Assembly: GCF_009914755.1 (NCBI RefSeq)
Contig: NC_060937.1
Reading direction: 5' to 3' (one strand)
DNA from: the human T2T-CHM13v2.0 reference genome, Homo sapiens
Length of the DNA: 64,000 nt
In this document: positions 40,058-54,613 of the stretch, piece by piece
Numbering within the stretch: the first letter of the stretch is position 1
Layout of the letters: every line of letters starts with the position of its first letter
Position numbers and translations under genes: made by a program
The notes under the pieces: model-generated
Seen by the model: only the letters and a program-made list of their open reading frames with translations
What the model was told of the DNA's origin: nothing
Database searches by the model: none

Positions 40058-40346
40058 GGCCAGTCGTGGTGGCTCATTGTCTGTGATCCCAGCACTTTGG
40101 GAGGCCGAGGTGGGCGGATCACAAAGTCAGGAATTCGAGACCAGCCTGACCAACATGGTGAAACCCCATCTTTACTAAAAATACAAAAATTAGCTGGCGT
40201 GGTGACACGAGCCTGTAATCCCAGCTACTCAGGAGGCTGAGACAGGAGAATCGCTTGAACCCAGGAGGCGGAGGTTGCGGTGAGCCGAGATCGTGCCGCT
40301 GCACTCCAGCCTGAGCAGTAGAGCAAGACTCCGTGTCAGAAAAAAC
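40058..40346 (+). mobile_element. AluSg-like
   Basis: Full Alu; ggatcacaaagtcagg...cctgaccaac; degenerate TSD aaaatg(t/c)aca. Confidence 0.93.
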
Positions 40347-40563
40347 AAAATGCACATGTAACATGATTTACCTCACATCTTCCATTTTGCTCCTTAACAC
40401 TACTCATCATTCTCACATGGATTTATAAGAAGTAATTGTATTTGGAACATTAAGAAGATGGCGAGGTTATGAGAAATTAAATGACATGGTGTCTGGCATT
40501 TGCTTCAATGTGGGGAAGTGGATGAATTAATGCTCAAATTGGATGATGAATATGTGGAATTTA

Positions 40564-40954
<391 letters not shown>

Positions 40955-42111
40955 CTATGCAGTTGCTGACTTCGATATTTGACAAGTTCAGTACAAATTT
41001 CCTGGTGGACACAAATTCATAGAAATGATACAAGTCCTACTTTGTTGCTGAGGCAAGGAGGGGAACTTGGGGCCTGAGAAGGATTTATCTACTAGCTAGA
41101 CTATATTATGAGCATTTTCTCCAATAATAAAGCATGTCTCTTGAGGAAACTAGTATCCTTCTCAGAGAATTAAGCTCTTAGTGAAAACTTAAGTGTGTTG
41201 AGTTGGCTGGAAAGAGGACAGGGCTAAAGAAAAATACAAACCACACAGCAAAAGTAGTTACAAGCTGGGGCAACTGTTATGGACAAAGAATAGGGCTCTG
41301 GATAGAGGACACAGTGGAACCCAGGCAGCAATACCTGGGCAAGGACCGCCATCTCTGACTTTACCCTTGGATGGTCGTTCATACAGGTAAGACACAGCAG
41401 GGAGCAAACCACTTAGCTGTGATGAATTGGTGAGAAATCCATCTGTAGATGACAAAATCCAACACTTCAGATTAAGGGAACAGATTCAGCTTCAAAATGT
41501 AAAGTTGGCTAGAGGTGGGGAGGATAACAAAGGTGGATATTGGGGAAGGGCAACTGTTTGGAATGAAAAATGGAGCAAGATTGGCAGGTGCTTAACCAAT
41601 ACTGATAGCTATGGCAAAGGAGAGCAGGACTCCCCACCAGGTTGAATGCTGTTGAGAATGGCCCCTGAGGGAAGAGGTGTTTTAACACAAGAGTCCTATT
41701 GTCAGTCTTCTGGAGTGATTGGATTCCTAATATGCCAGATTTTCAACTATTGATATGATACCTCCTTTGATGTTAACTCAGAAATTTAAGTAATCCTGCA
41801 ACTGTAAACACAGGTATACATTTAGGAGATTTTTTTTTTTTTTCTGAGACAGAGACAAAGAAAACAAATGAGTGGTTATTGGTGATGTTTTTCTTGGTTT
41901 AACTTTTCAAACAAAAATTGCTTTCCAGTTTCTGGCTGGTTTTATGACCAATTCCTGTAGGTAAAGTAAGAGATATAGTGTGTAGTGCACTAATTATCTT
42001 TTCAAAAGGTCTCTAGATATTAAGATTGTTGAAAGGAAAGGGCTTTGACTCTACCTTCTTGCCTTGCCAAGTTACATACAATTTTTAACCTGGGGTTTAA
42101 ATCTACGTGTC

Positions 42112-42518
42112 TTTTGTGGGTTGAATTGTGTCCTCCAAGAATATATATTTAAGTCCTAAGACCAAGCACATGTGCATGTGACCTTATTTAGAAATAGGAT
42201 CTTTGCAGATGTAACCAATTTAAGATGATGTCGTGCTGGATTCGGGAAGATCAAGATGCAGAAACCCAGAGACACAAAGGGAGAGGTAGAGATTGGAGTG
42301 GTATATCTACCCACCAGGAAAGCCAAAGATTGCCATTAATCCACAGAAGCCAGGAGGAGGCAAGGATGGGTCCTCCCCCGGAGCCTTCAAAGAATGCATG
42401 AACCTAAAAACATCCTGATTTCAGACTTCTGGCCTAGAACTGTGAGAGAATAAATTTTTGTTGTTTCAAGCCACCTGGTTTATGGTATTTTGTTATGGCA
42501 ACCCTAGGAAAAGCATAC
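42112..42518 (+). mobile_element. MLT1C-like LTR
   Basis: tgtgggttgaattgtgtcc...tttgcagatgtaa...ttgttatggcaaccctaggaaa. Confidence 0.85.
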
Positions 42519-42699
42519 GGCTGCCAGTGAGTAAAGATGCTCAGCACACTAGGTGAGCACTTTGCTGCACTCTGGGGAAAATTTGAGAAATTTTGCCAGT
42601 GTGGTCATATGGAGCATTGTGAAAATAAATCATTGTATTTTCTTTACATTGTATAATTGTTGAAATAAAATTATCCATGAGTCTTCCACAATATTGCAT

Positions 42700-43040
42700 G
42701 TCTTATAAACATAAATATTGATATTTGTGGAAGATACTGTCATCCCCTGTAGCAAAAGGCCAACGTGCTTACTGTCCAGTGTAAAATATATGAATTCTCT
42801 AAGCTCAGGGTTGCTCTTCCACAGTACAACCCAGTGCATGTATGGATGTTGCTGGCTCTGTTTATGCCACCCTGTGGGACTTGGGAAATGATACAAAAAT
42901 AATAACATTACTCTGGATACTGCTACTGCTGTGAGTAAAAAACTTTCTTTTGTCTTTGACCCATGAATCTCATGCCTTCTGCCACTATCCATAAAATGGG
43001 CAGGCTAACTTGTTTGCTTGCAAATGTAATAAAATCTCAG
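42700..43040 (+). mobile_element. ERVL-class LTR 3' part (LTR41-like)
   Basis: gcaggctaacttgtttgcttgcaa...aaaatctcaga...acagttcttgaca terminus. Confidence 0.6.
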
Positions 43041-45007
43041 AGTCTTTACAGTTCTTGACAGTGCTTATGACAAATATTAAGATGCAAATATTAGAAATGA
43101 TAAGTAATGAATTTATGTTAACCTTTCAAATAACCTTTCAAAACTTTTGATGATAAACTTGGTCCTGTGCACTTAAATTTTATATCAAGATTTTTGCTGA
43201 AAATGTCCACGTTTCAATTTCTGGTGAAAGCAGTTTAATTTTGATCACCTGACATTCTTGTCACTTTCAACAAGAAACTTTGTTCGTGCAAGTCAATGGC
43301 AGACTTTTCAAAATAATGTATTATAGCCATTTAAAAATGTCCAAGTGTTAAAATTACATTGTAGAAATGGAAATGTATTTAAAATTCAAGAAAACTTTCA
43401 AATAAAGTACTTTGAAATAATGAAGAATTTGTTTATAGAAAGCACAACCTAGCTTGGATACTACTAAATGGGCTCATTACCTGTAAATCAGCAGCAGTGT
43501 CTGATTTAAAGACCAAAGCCCCCTCCTCATCTCCCTCTTGTCTTCAAAACTCATTGGGCTGCCTGTTTCACATCTTGAAAGCCAGGAATACAAACATGTC
43601 TGGCAGTCCCACTGTTGTTTATCTGCGAAAGGCAGCAGTGTTTTCTAGGATCCACTGCTGAAATAGATGGAGTGGAATGTGGAGGTAAGAGTTCCTCCCT
43701 AGCTGCACTCAGTTCTTGGTATTCTGTTTCACCAAAGAGAGGGGCCCATGCCAAGTTTTTTCAACCTAGATGTAATTCACTTGTTGACTTCTGCTAAACA
43801 CCTCCATCAGGCTACCCAGAGGGCTAAAGGTATCACTATTTTAAGGCACATGTGTAATCCATTTACAGAACACTCCCTTTAAAGTTTCTCATTAGCTATA
43901 TGAATAAAAATTGATCTAGGAAAAGTCAATCCATATTTTTAGGATCTTAATTCACTATCCCCTTGTCAAAGGAAAACCATACTTTACTGATAGATCATTG
44001 TGAAGCCTCTGCCTCCATTGCCCCTGGATCTCCTCAGAGGCTGACATTCAGAATCCTCTGACAGGCACACCCTCACCTGTGGCTGATATCATGTGCCAAG
44101 GCTTGTCCACCTGGTCATGTTCCTGTCTCTGCCTGCCCTCTGCCTTTGGACTTGAGTCTTAGTGTACTCTTCCTTCCTATAGCCATGTACCTGTCCTGGA
44201 TGTGTTCTTGTTTCTGCTGTACATTCCCTCTCCTATCAGCTTCCATTTGATAATAATCTTTTAGACTGTTCAGGCTTCAGCAGAAGGTTTAGAAACATCA
44301 CTAATACTGATGGGGTTGTTTCTTATATTGATGACAGGACTAGTAAAAGCAGGGTAAAAGGAAAGCAGAACAAAAGTCAATCCATCAGAGACAATGTCCA
44401 AATCAATTGTGAAAATAAAAAGGCACATTTGGAGAAAAACAGATCTGGGGATATAGAGAAGCAGAAACCAATAGAGACAGTTGGAATAGAGAGTCATGGG
44501 ACTGGGCAGTTGGGGGAGTGGGTTACTGTTAAATAGAAGAGTAGCCTGGGACTTGAGGTTGGATTGTTGACAGCCTCCGGCACTGACTTCTAAGTAGCTC
44601 TGGGACATTTGGAGCACAATAGGGAAGGGTTCCCTGTGTTTCAAAGGCTAAGAAAGGGACAGGCAATTTCCTGCTTCTTGACCTACAACTTAAGGAGAAC
44701 TAAAACTTATGTCTGCACCTTGAGAGCAGACATTTTTCTTCCTATTTCCAGTTTGTAAAAAATATCCCTTTTCTCATTCACTCATAAATTCATTTGTTTA
44801 CCAAAAATCTGTTAAACAGATAATAAATGCCAGCCACTTAGGCTACAGTGGTGACTTGGATGAAGTCTGTGTCTTTAAAGAGTTTCCAGTCTAGTGAGAT
44901 GTACAAGGAGATTCACAATTTCCATGCAAAATAATGTATTGAGAAATTATACTGAACTTGAGATAGATTGATAAGAGAAAATGTTTGCCCTAAAGGCGTT
45001 CTTAGTT

Positions 45008-45435
45008 ATATCAGTTATCTATGCTATAATAATTGCTGAGTGATAATTGACTCTGAAACTTACTGACTTTAATTAGTATGCATTTAGCTCATGAGCCTGT
45101 AGATTGGTGGTTTAGACTGGTTTCAGCTGGTGGTACTTCTGATCTCAGCTTGTCTCGCTCACATCTATGGCTGATACACGGTGGCCTTATTTGGATTGAC
45201 TCCATGTGTCTCTTATTCTCCAGTGACCTAGCCTAGGTGTGTAGTCTGCCATGGCGATGGCAGAAGTGAGAAAGATTCCACACACTGAGCTTTTCAAGCC
45301 TCTGTTTGCACCACTTTGCTAAACACCATCAGCCAGGACATGTGGCCAAGCCAAGAGTGAGAGTGGGAGGACCCTACAAAGTTATATGGCAAAGGGTATT
45401 AAATTGGGCCATTGAAGCAATCAGGGTACCCCACC
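45008..45435 (-). mobile_element. Old MLT1 (H/I-like) LTR
   Basis: tatcagttatctatgct...catgtggccaagcc...atggcaaagggt. Confidence 0.7.
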
Positions 45436-45564
45436 ATCCTGGGAGACAGCAGGCCACTGTCTTGTTTCTCTCATCAGCTCCCAGAATGAAGAGGCATTTT
45501 CGTTTACACTATCAACGAATAAGACTTCAAAATTTCCCAACAAAACAGATACAGGTCTAAAACC

Positions 45565-45944
45565 CGAAATGGTTTGGCTCTGTGTCCCCACCCAAATCTC
45601 ATGCTGAATTGTAATCCTCAGTGTTGGGGGAGGGACCTGGTGGGAGGTGATTGGATCATGGGGGTGGGTTTCCCCCTTGTTATTCTTGTGATAGAGTTCT
45701 CACGAGATCTGATTGTTTAAAAGTGTGTGGCAATTCCCCTTTTGCGCACTCTCTCTCTCCTGCTCCACCGTGGTAAGACGTGTTTGCTTCCCTTTTACCT
45801 TCTGCCATGATTCTAAGTTCCTGAGGCCTCCCAGCCATGCTTCCTGTACAGCCTGCAGAACTGTGAGTCAATTAAACCTCTTTTCTTTATAAATTACCCA
45901 GTCTCAAGTAGTTGTTTATAGCAATGCGAGAACGGACTGATACA
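45565..45944 (+). mobile_element. MSTA solo LTR
   Basis: atggtttggctctgtgtccccacccaaatctcatg...cttcctgtacagcctgcagaactgtgag...ggactgataca. Confidence 0.92.
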
Positions 45945-47229
45945 GGGTCTAAAGTGTTCATTCTTTATTCGGCAAAGCCTAGGATGTATCGTTTAAGCTG
46001 AAGTGTCTTCCTGGAAGTTCTGATAATCTACTGTTTTGTGCGGACTTAACCCTTTGCCACATGATTGAACTCAGCTGCATATCACAAGCGGCGGAGCAAG
46101 GGCTTTTACTGGGCAAGTGGGATGGAGCAGTGGACAGAAAGGACCCTGCCACAGCTTCCGAGGGTCCCCATCATTGACTTATCCCACATTATCTTTGAAT
46201 CATGCAGGGCACTGGTAAGAAACAGATCCTTGCCACCCTAGGAGAATCAGTGCAGCCGCTTCTCTGCAACCAAGAAAAGACCACTGCCATGACAACACCA
46301 CACTAAATGGGTCTCCTGGAAAGGAGGGAGCCCTTTATTGTCGGTCTGCAGATACCACAATTAGCTCACATGAGATAGAGAGTGACAGGGCCGTGGAATC
46401 GCAGATGGGTTTTTGTCATCTGGAAAGAGGCTAAGCTGACTAATTATCTGTGAAGGGAGAGCAAAGGTAGTGCCTGCCCTCTCCTAGAATCAAAACCACA
46501 TCCACCCTTGAAGGAGAATAAGCACCTCAGTTGCAACTATTCAGTAGTGTAATTATCCATCACAGCCACATTGCATATTTTCTACTGCTTAAAAAAATTT
46601 AGTTTATTCAGAGATTCATTTTTTCTCTCTCTGTATGTAAATTCAATCAAATTAACCCATGATTCTTATAAATATCTTTTAATAATTGGGTAAATAAACT
46701 GAACTGACTGAACTGAATTACCTAAAGGAAAGTATGGAATTTTTTCTTTCTCATTTTTAAAAAAGAAAGCAGATTAATGAAATTAGGGACAAATCTATTG
46801 CCAATATATAACTTCCATAAGTAGATAGCATAGTAGTTAAGATGACACTATCAGTTGTATATATTTTGACAAGTTACTTTTCTTTCTGATTCTCATATGG
46901 CAGTCTAAAACATGGTGATATTAATTATACTCATGCAGATGGTTATTTTGAGAATTAAATAAGTTAATGCATGTAAAAAGCTTAGCATAATTCCCAAAAC
47001 ATTGCACTGAAAATCACCGTTGTAATTAAGAATCTTCTATTAACTTGTTAGTTCTGAGGTTGGAAGTCCCAATCTTTAATTTTGAAAAGATTAAGTATCT
47101 CCTCCATGCAAAAAATTCTACCAGATTCTGGAGGGATATAAAAATGAAAGCCATATACACTTTGCTTTTAAAGGAACTTATAAACCAATAGAGGTTGCTG
47201 TCACCTATGTGGAAAAGCATATAACGAAA

Positions 47230-47940
47230 TAATGTAAGGAAACAAAAACCTATGGAACTAGACAGAAATGAGGGTGGTCATCTGAGAGGAGGTGGGGCTT
47301 TGAGGTTTCTTGCAGGGAAAAGGGGGATTTTGAATAGTGAAAGGATTCCAGGCAGAAGAATACTAAGCAGATTTAAGGAAGCTGGAAAAATCAAGGTGCA
47401 TTTATAGTTCAATAACCTACTGAAATGTCAGAGAAATGTATTATATGACATTATTATAATTCACATTATGTAATTCACATATAATTACACAACTATATTA
47501 AATACAAGACCTTACAAGATTATGGTTATTTAAGGGTAAACATTATGATTGCATAATGTCTTCATTAATACTGAATATTGACCATAGTAAATGAATCCAA
47601 ACACCATTTCTTCATTCATTTAGTTAACATTTATATTGTGCTTACTATTTGCCAGGAGCTGCAAGTAGGACTTAGAACGCAAAGCAAGTAAGATTCACAC
47701 TGAGTTCTCAGGAAGTGTGAGTAGATGGAGGGGGAAAGTTGACTTAACGGGCTGTTATAGTGGCATGAAGCAGCGGCTGCCCTGGAGCCCCGAGAGCTCC
47801 TAGGAGGGTGATACAGCTCACACTGTGGGAGGGGGAGTGAGGAGGAGAGTGGCAGAGTTTCTGGAAGAGGTGAAGTGAGGGCCCGATTGTGCGGGATGAC
47901 TAAGAATTAGATGAAAGTAAGAAAGGAGGGGTCGTTCATA
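47230..47940 (-). mobile_element. L2 fragments
   Basis: ggattccaggcagaagaa; ttcattcatttag...tactatttgccagg. Confidence 0.55.
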
Positions 47941-48107
47941 TCAGAGGCATTTTTTTCTACATATTAACCAGAATTTTAATTTTCTATGTGTTATATGTTC
48001 ATATACTTTGCTAGTTTATATTGTGTTGTGTATATATAAAAATGCATACATGCACACAGTCAATTTGTAAATACTTTTTTTAAAATTTTATTTTAAGAAG
48101 AGTCCCA

Positions 48108-48411
<304 letters not shown>

Positions 48412-48489
48412 TCATATTAGCTGCAAGTATTTGTTTTTGTCCTTTTCATCTTTTACTCTATGTAAGTATAGTTAAATTTATCAATTTTT

Positions 48490-49640
48490 TCCATATTTAT
48501 TTATTAAATAGATGTGTAAAGTTGTATGTGTTTATCAACAGATGAAAGGATAAACAAAAGTGGTGTATATACACAATGGAAAATTATTCAGCCATAAAAA
48601 AGAAGGAAATCCTGTCATTTGCAGCAGTGTGGATAGAACTGATGGTCATTATGTTAAGTGAAATAAGCCAGGCACAGAAAGACAAGTATGGCACCTTCTC
48701 ACTCAAATATGGGAGCTGAAAAGGTGGATCTCATGGTGGTAGAGAGTAGTTTAGTGGTTACCAGAGGTGAGGAAAGAGGAAAGTGGGGCAGGGGGTGAAG
48801 AGAGGTTGGTTAATGAGTAAAATAATACTGTTAGAAGGGTTAAGATTTAGTGTTAGGTAGTTCAGTTGGATGAATAGTTATCTAACTATAACTACTGCTA
48901 TAGTTAACAATAATTTATGGCATGTTTCAAAATAGCTAGGAGAAAAAAGTTTGAATGCTTCTAACATAAAGATAAAAGTTTGAGATGAAGAATATCCCAA
49001 TTAACCTGATTTGCTCATTACACATTGTACACATGTATCAAGGTATCACATGTAACCAAATATATGTAAACTATTAGGTATCAATAATAAAGTAAAAATA
49101 TACATATTTATCATGTACAGCATAATGTTTTGAGGTATGTATACTTCAAATGGTTATGTCTAACAAATGCATTACCTCACATAGTTATTTTTTGTAACAA
49201 GAACACTTAATACCTACTCCCAGCATTTTTCATGGATACAATCTATTGTCATAAACTACTCACCATGTTGTACAATAGATCTCTTGAACTTATCCTTCTT
49301 CTCTAACTGTACTTACATATTCTTTGACCAACATCAACCCCAACTACTTCTTCTTCAAACCATACCACCCTCTGGTAGCACTTATTTCACTTAACATGAC
49401 ATCCTCCAAGTTCGTGTTCATCCATGTTGGCAATAAATGACAGGATCTCCTTTTCTATGGTTGACTAGTATTCTACTGTAGATATATACCACATATTCAT
49501 TATCTATTCTTACAATGAACACTGAACGTGGATTCCACATCTTGGTTATTGTGAATAGCACTGCAATAAACATGGGGGTACAGATATCTCTTTGACATAC
49601 TATCAAGATATTGTAACTTCCCTTTTTGGGGATATTATAC
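48490..49640 (-). mobile_element. L1MA8/9-like 3' end (host, split at about 48535/49095)
   Basis: gcattacctcacata...caccatgttgtacaatagatctcttgaactt; ORF 49418-49642 contains QRDICTPMFIAVLFTI (ORF2 C-terminus). Confidence 0.82.
48535..49092 (+). mobile_element. L1MA 3' end nested in an opposite-strand L1MA
   Basis: caacagatgaa...cagccataaaaaagaaggaaatcctgtcatttgcagca...tatcaataataaa. Confidence 0.88.
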
Positions 49641-50527
49641 ATCAGGTATTTTCTTTTAATTAAAGATAAAAAGAGTAAGAATTGCTTCTATGTGGCTGTA
49701 TTAGTAGAACCCATCCCTTTCTGATTTGTATTTAATGGTTTTTATTGTATTTGGTGTATTTGTATTTTTTATTTGATTTTGTTGGATTTAGGTACAGAAT
49801 TATTTCACCTACAAATGATAATTTTTCCATGTCATTTCCCATTTTACAATTTCTTTCTTTCTTTCTTTTTTTCTTGTCTGCTTGCTCTGGCAAGTCCTTC
49901 TGAAAAGACTTCTAAGTGCTGATGCTAGCAGTGAGCCTTCCTACCTTGATCTGGGCTACACAGAACCACTTTGAGCATTTCTCCTCCAAGTATGATACGT
50001 GGCTTGATTTTACCATTTTTTTAATCAAGTAAAATATTTAACTGTTCCTATTTTATACAACTGTTTTTTTTTCTGTTTTCAGGAAGTGTATTGAGATTTT
50101 TCAAATGTTATTTCTTCATGAAATGAAATGATAATATTTTTGTTTTATTTAAATTTATAGTTTACCTAATCTTTAACTATAATTGCATTCCTGTAATGAA
50201 TCTGTTTTTGTGTAGGCTGTTATTTTTTTAATGTGTGTTGGGTTCTATTTTGTTTTGCAAAAGAATCAAAATTTGATGTGTTTCCTTTTTTATGCTATCT
50301 TGAGGCTTATTCAGACCTTACTTTGCTCTGGTATGGCTGCCAATTTACAATAGAAAAAAATTGCCCCCCTCCATACCCTGTCCATCTCCTACATGCTCCC
50401 AACCTCTCTCCTTCCTTTCAAATCTAGAGTGAGACCCTCTTACTGGTAGGCTCTAAAATCTGAAATCATATTTAGGAGAGTATCTTGGAAAATGTAGCTT
50501 TCATATTCTTTCTGCAGTGGAGACAAG

Positions 50528-50874
<347 letters not shown>

Positions 50875-51349
50875 TAGAACATGATGGTGACACCACTGGG
50901 GTAGACAGGAGGCAATCTATCAGGGTTGTCAGAGAATCAATTTTTAACTTTACTTCTCTGATATGCCTTATGCCCCATTTTAACTTCGAATTTTGACTTA
51001 TTTATTTTGGCTTTATATCATTACTTCTTTTCTTCTCCTTTTTTTTATTTTGACATGCTTTCACTAAATTCCCAGGATATATGTTTGTTTAATTTAATTC
51101 ATTCTTTTTTTAGTGACATAAATATTTAGTTTCATGTATTTGACCTGAGTACTGTCTTACCCACATCTTAAATTACTGCCATATAGCCAAATATATGTAT
51201 TTTCCTCTCCTACTATAAAGACTATACGGCTTCCAAATGTCATCACAGTAAAACCAGTTCGTATGAAAGACATAATGGTAAATATTTTTAGTCTATGCCA
51301 GTGGGAGCGTGACTTGAGAAAAACTTTGTTTATAAAAAATGTTGGCTAG

Positions 51350-51850
51350 ACATATAAAATGCGTTTAAAATTTTCATGTGTTTTAACTCAATAATCAAAC
51401 TTCTAGTTTATCCTAAGGAGATCATTAGTGATACACAAAAGGCTTTATGTGCAATGACGTCAATCCCAGTTCTATTTACAAAACTTGAAAACAGCAACAA
51501 TGTTAAATAATAGAGCAGTGGTTAAATGTGAGTTTTGGTACATTTATGTGATGGAATATTCTACATCCATTTTTTTACTCTAAAAATATTAAACCATTAA
51601 AAGTGATTTTCTTGGAGAATATTTAAAGACACAGGAAAATTCTTATGATTATATTTTGTAGTATAAAAAAACATATCTAGTAGGAGCAATATGTCTTTAA
51701 TTTTGTGAGAGAATCATTTGCAAAATACATGCCAAAATGTTTATAATGATGATTTCTGGGTGGTAGAGATACAGATAACTTATATTTTTAATCTTTTTTC
51801 CTTCAAATTCTCCATATTATGCATGCATTGCCTTTATAATAATAGAGAAA
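51350..51850 (+). mobile_element. L1ME-type 3' fragment
   Basis: cttctagtttatcctaaggagatc; atggaatattc; tgcattgcctttataat. Confidence 0.6.
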
Positions 51851-52217
51851 GAAATGATAAACATTTATATACTACATGGGAGATAAAGAATCCCAATTTA
51901 GGAAGTAGCCTGGGCATACATCTCACCATATAAAAGTATCTGAAAAGCAGCCTGGTGCTACTTTTGTTCCAGAATATAAATTTTTAAAATTTTCTGGATC
52001 TCAAGCAGTGATCAAATATTTTAACTTCCAAAATTATTCCTCACACACACATTTAATTGTTAACAGAAAGTATGCCAAATAAATAGAACATTTCTGGACT
52101 CATGTTTATAAGAAAGCAGATGTACTTCCTTAGAAGCAGGAGAAATGCAGCTGCTATCCTCCTTTATCATTAGCTGGACAAGCTTCTCTAATATGTCCAT
52201 AGAAAGTATTCAGACAT

Positions 52218-52978
52218 TCATATGGCTTGGATATTTGTCCCCTTCAAATCTCATGTTGAATTGTGATCCCCAGTATTGAAGGTGGGGTCTTAATGGGAGG
52301 TGTTTAGATCATGGGGGTGGATCATGGGGGTGACTTGTTGCTGTTCTTGCAATAATGAGTGAGTTCTCACTCTGTTAGTTCAAGAGAGATCTGGTGGTTT
52401 AAAAGAGACTGACGCCTCCTTCCTTCTCTCTTGCTCCTTCTCACTATGGGCTATGCCCTCTGTATTAGTCCATTTTCATACTGCTGATAAAAAGATACCC
52501 AAGACTGGGCAATTTGCAAAGAAAAGAGGTTTAATTGAACTTACAGTTCCACGTGGCTGGGGAAGCCTCACAATCATGGTGGAAGGCAAATAGGAACAAG
52601 TCATGTCTTACATGGATGGCAGCAGGAAAGAGAGCTTGTGCAGGAAAACTCCCCCTTATAATAACCATCAGATCTCATGAGACTTACTCTCATGAGAACA
52701 GCACAGGAAAGACCTGCCCCCATGATTCAATTACCTCCCACTGGGTTCCTCCCACAACAAGTGGGAACTCAAGATGAGATTTGGGTGGAGGCACAGCCAA
52801 ACCATATCACCTCCCTTCACCTTTCACCATGATTGGAAGCTTCCTGAGGCCCTCACCAGAAGCAGATGCAAGCACCATGTCTCTTGTACAGCTTGCAGAA
52901 GTGTAAGCCCAATAAACCTCTTCTCTTTACAAATTACCCATCCTCTGGGATTTATAGCATTGCAAACCAACTAATGCA
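52218..52978 (+). mobile_element. MSTB LTR split by THE1
   Basis: atatggcttggatatttgtcccc...gaagcttcctgaggccctcaccagaagcagatgc...ctaatgca. Confidence 0.9.
52461..52809 (-). mobile_element. THE1 (B/C) solo LTR nested in MSTB
   Basis: tgtattagtccattttcatactgctgataa...acagccaaaccatatca; flanked by cctc/cctc. Confidence 0.92.
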
Positions 52979-53438
52979 GGGACCCAAATTATTGACAGGT
53001 AAGGTTATAACTACGGGCCCAGGTTAGGGTTGTTAAATCTTTTATTTAAATACAAGAAACCAGAAAAGTACTTAATGTTGAATCAAAGCTGTTCTCATGA
53101 ATACTATGCACAACACATCACCAACACAGAGTAAGTCAGTGCTTCTTTAGGATTTAAGTGGGTGGATGGGGTTTCTTTTAGATATCTTTTAATGAAGGAT
53201 TCTGGGCAGAAAAAGGCAAAACAAAGACCTATTTTAAAGCGTGTTTTGATCCTGTTTTGGAGACTATCTGGGAATTACTGATGTTTGAAAACTATTTCTG
53301 TAAATCAAAACTAGACCATAGAAATGAAATTTATCCTTCTCATTAGAAATGTAAGATATATTTCATAATCCAATTGCAAATAGAGCTGGCCTTCCCCAAC
53401 CAACCTATCCAAAGCAGGTCTGTGTTGATAATGTTCAG

Positions 53439-54613
53439 TTTCTTTCTTTCATCACCCTACTCTTTCTCTTTCTCACTCTTTCTCTCTCCCTTCCTTCCTT
53501 TATTGCTCTCTTTCTCCCTTCCTTCTTTCCTTTCATTGCTTTCTTTCTTCCTCCCTCCCTCCCTCTCTCCCCGCTTCCCTCTCTCCCCCTTCCCTCTCTC
53601 CCCTTCCCTCTCTCCCCCTCCCTCTCTCACCTCCTCCCCCCTCCATCTCTCCCCCCTCCATCTCTCCCCCCTCCCTCTCTCCCCCCTTCCCTCTCTCCCC
53701 AACTTCCCTCTCTCCCCAACTTCCCTCTCTCCCCAACTTCCCTCTCTCCCCAACTTCCCTCTCTCCCCACTTCCCTCTCTCCCCAACTTTCCTCTCTCCC
53801 CAAATTCCCTCTCTCCCCACTTCCCTCTCTCCCCCCTTCCCTCTCTCCCCCTTCCCTCTCTCCCCCCTTCCTTCTTTCCCCCTCCTCTCCCCCCTTCCCT
53901 CTCTCCCCCTTCCCTCTCTCCCCCTTCCCTCTCTCCCCCTCCCTCTCTCACCTCCTCCCCCCTCCATCTCTCCCCCCTCCATCTCTCCCCCCTCCATCTC
54001 TCCCCCCCTCTCTCCCCCCTTCCCTCTCTGCCCCTTTCCCTCTCTCCCCAACTTCCCTCTCTCCCCAACTTCCCTCTCTCCCCAAATTCCCTCTCTCCCC
54101 ACTTCCCTCTCTCCCCCCTTCCTTCTTTCCCCCTCCTCTCCCCCTTCCCTCTCCCCCTCCCTCTCTCCCCCTCCCTCTCTCCCCCTCCCTCTCTCCCCCT
54201 CCCTCTCTCCCCCCTCCCTCTCTCCCCCCTCCCTCTCTCCCCCCTCCCTCTCTCCCTCCTCCCTCTCTCCCTCCTCCCTCTCTCCCCCCTCCCTCTCTCC
54301 CCCCTTCCCTCTCTGCCCCTTTTCCTCTCTCCCCCCTTCCCTCTCTCCCCCCTTCCCTCTCTCCCCCCTTCCCTCTCTCCCCCGCTCCCTCTCTCCCCTG
54401 CTCCCTCTCTCCCCTCTCCCTCTCTCACCCCTTCCCTCTCTCACCCCTTCCCTCTCTTTCCCCCTTCCCACTCTCGCGCCCTCTCACACCCATGCTCCCT
54501 CCCTCGCTCTTTCTTTCCCTCCCTTCCTTCCTCCCTCCCTCCCTCCCTTCCTTCCATCCTTCCTCTTGCTCTCTTACACTCTCCTGCTCACTTGCTTGCT
54601 CTCTCTCCCCCTC
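53439..54613. repeat. About 1.2-kb polypyrimidine/polypurine tract with core (TT)CCCTCTCTCCCC variants
   Basis: Plus strand almost entirely C/T; repeated ttccctctctcccc(aac), ctccatctctcccc and ctccctctctcccc. Confidence 0.97.

Noticed and set aside
53560-54470. Resemblance to the SVA (CCCTCT)n hexamer head
   Set aside because: No downstream Alu-like region, GC-rich VNTR, SINE-R, polyA or TSD
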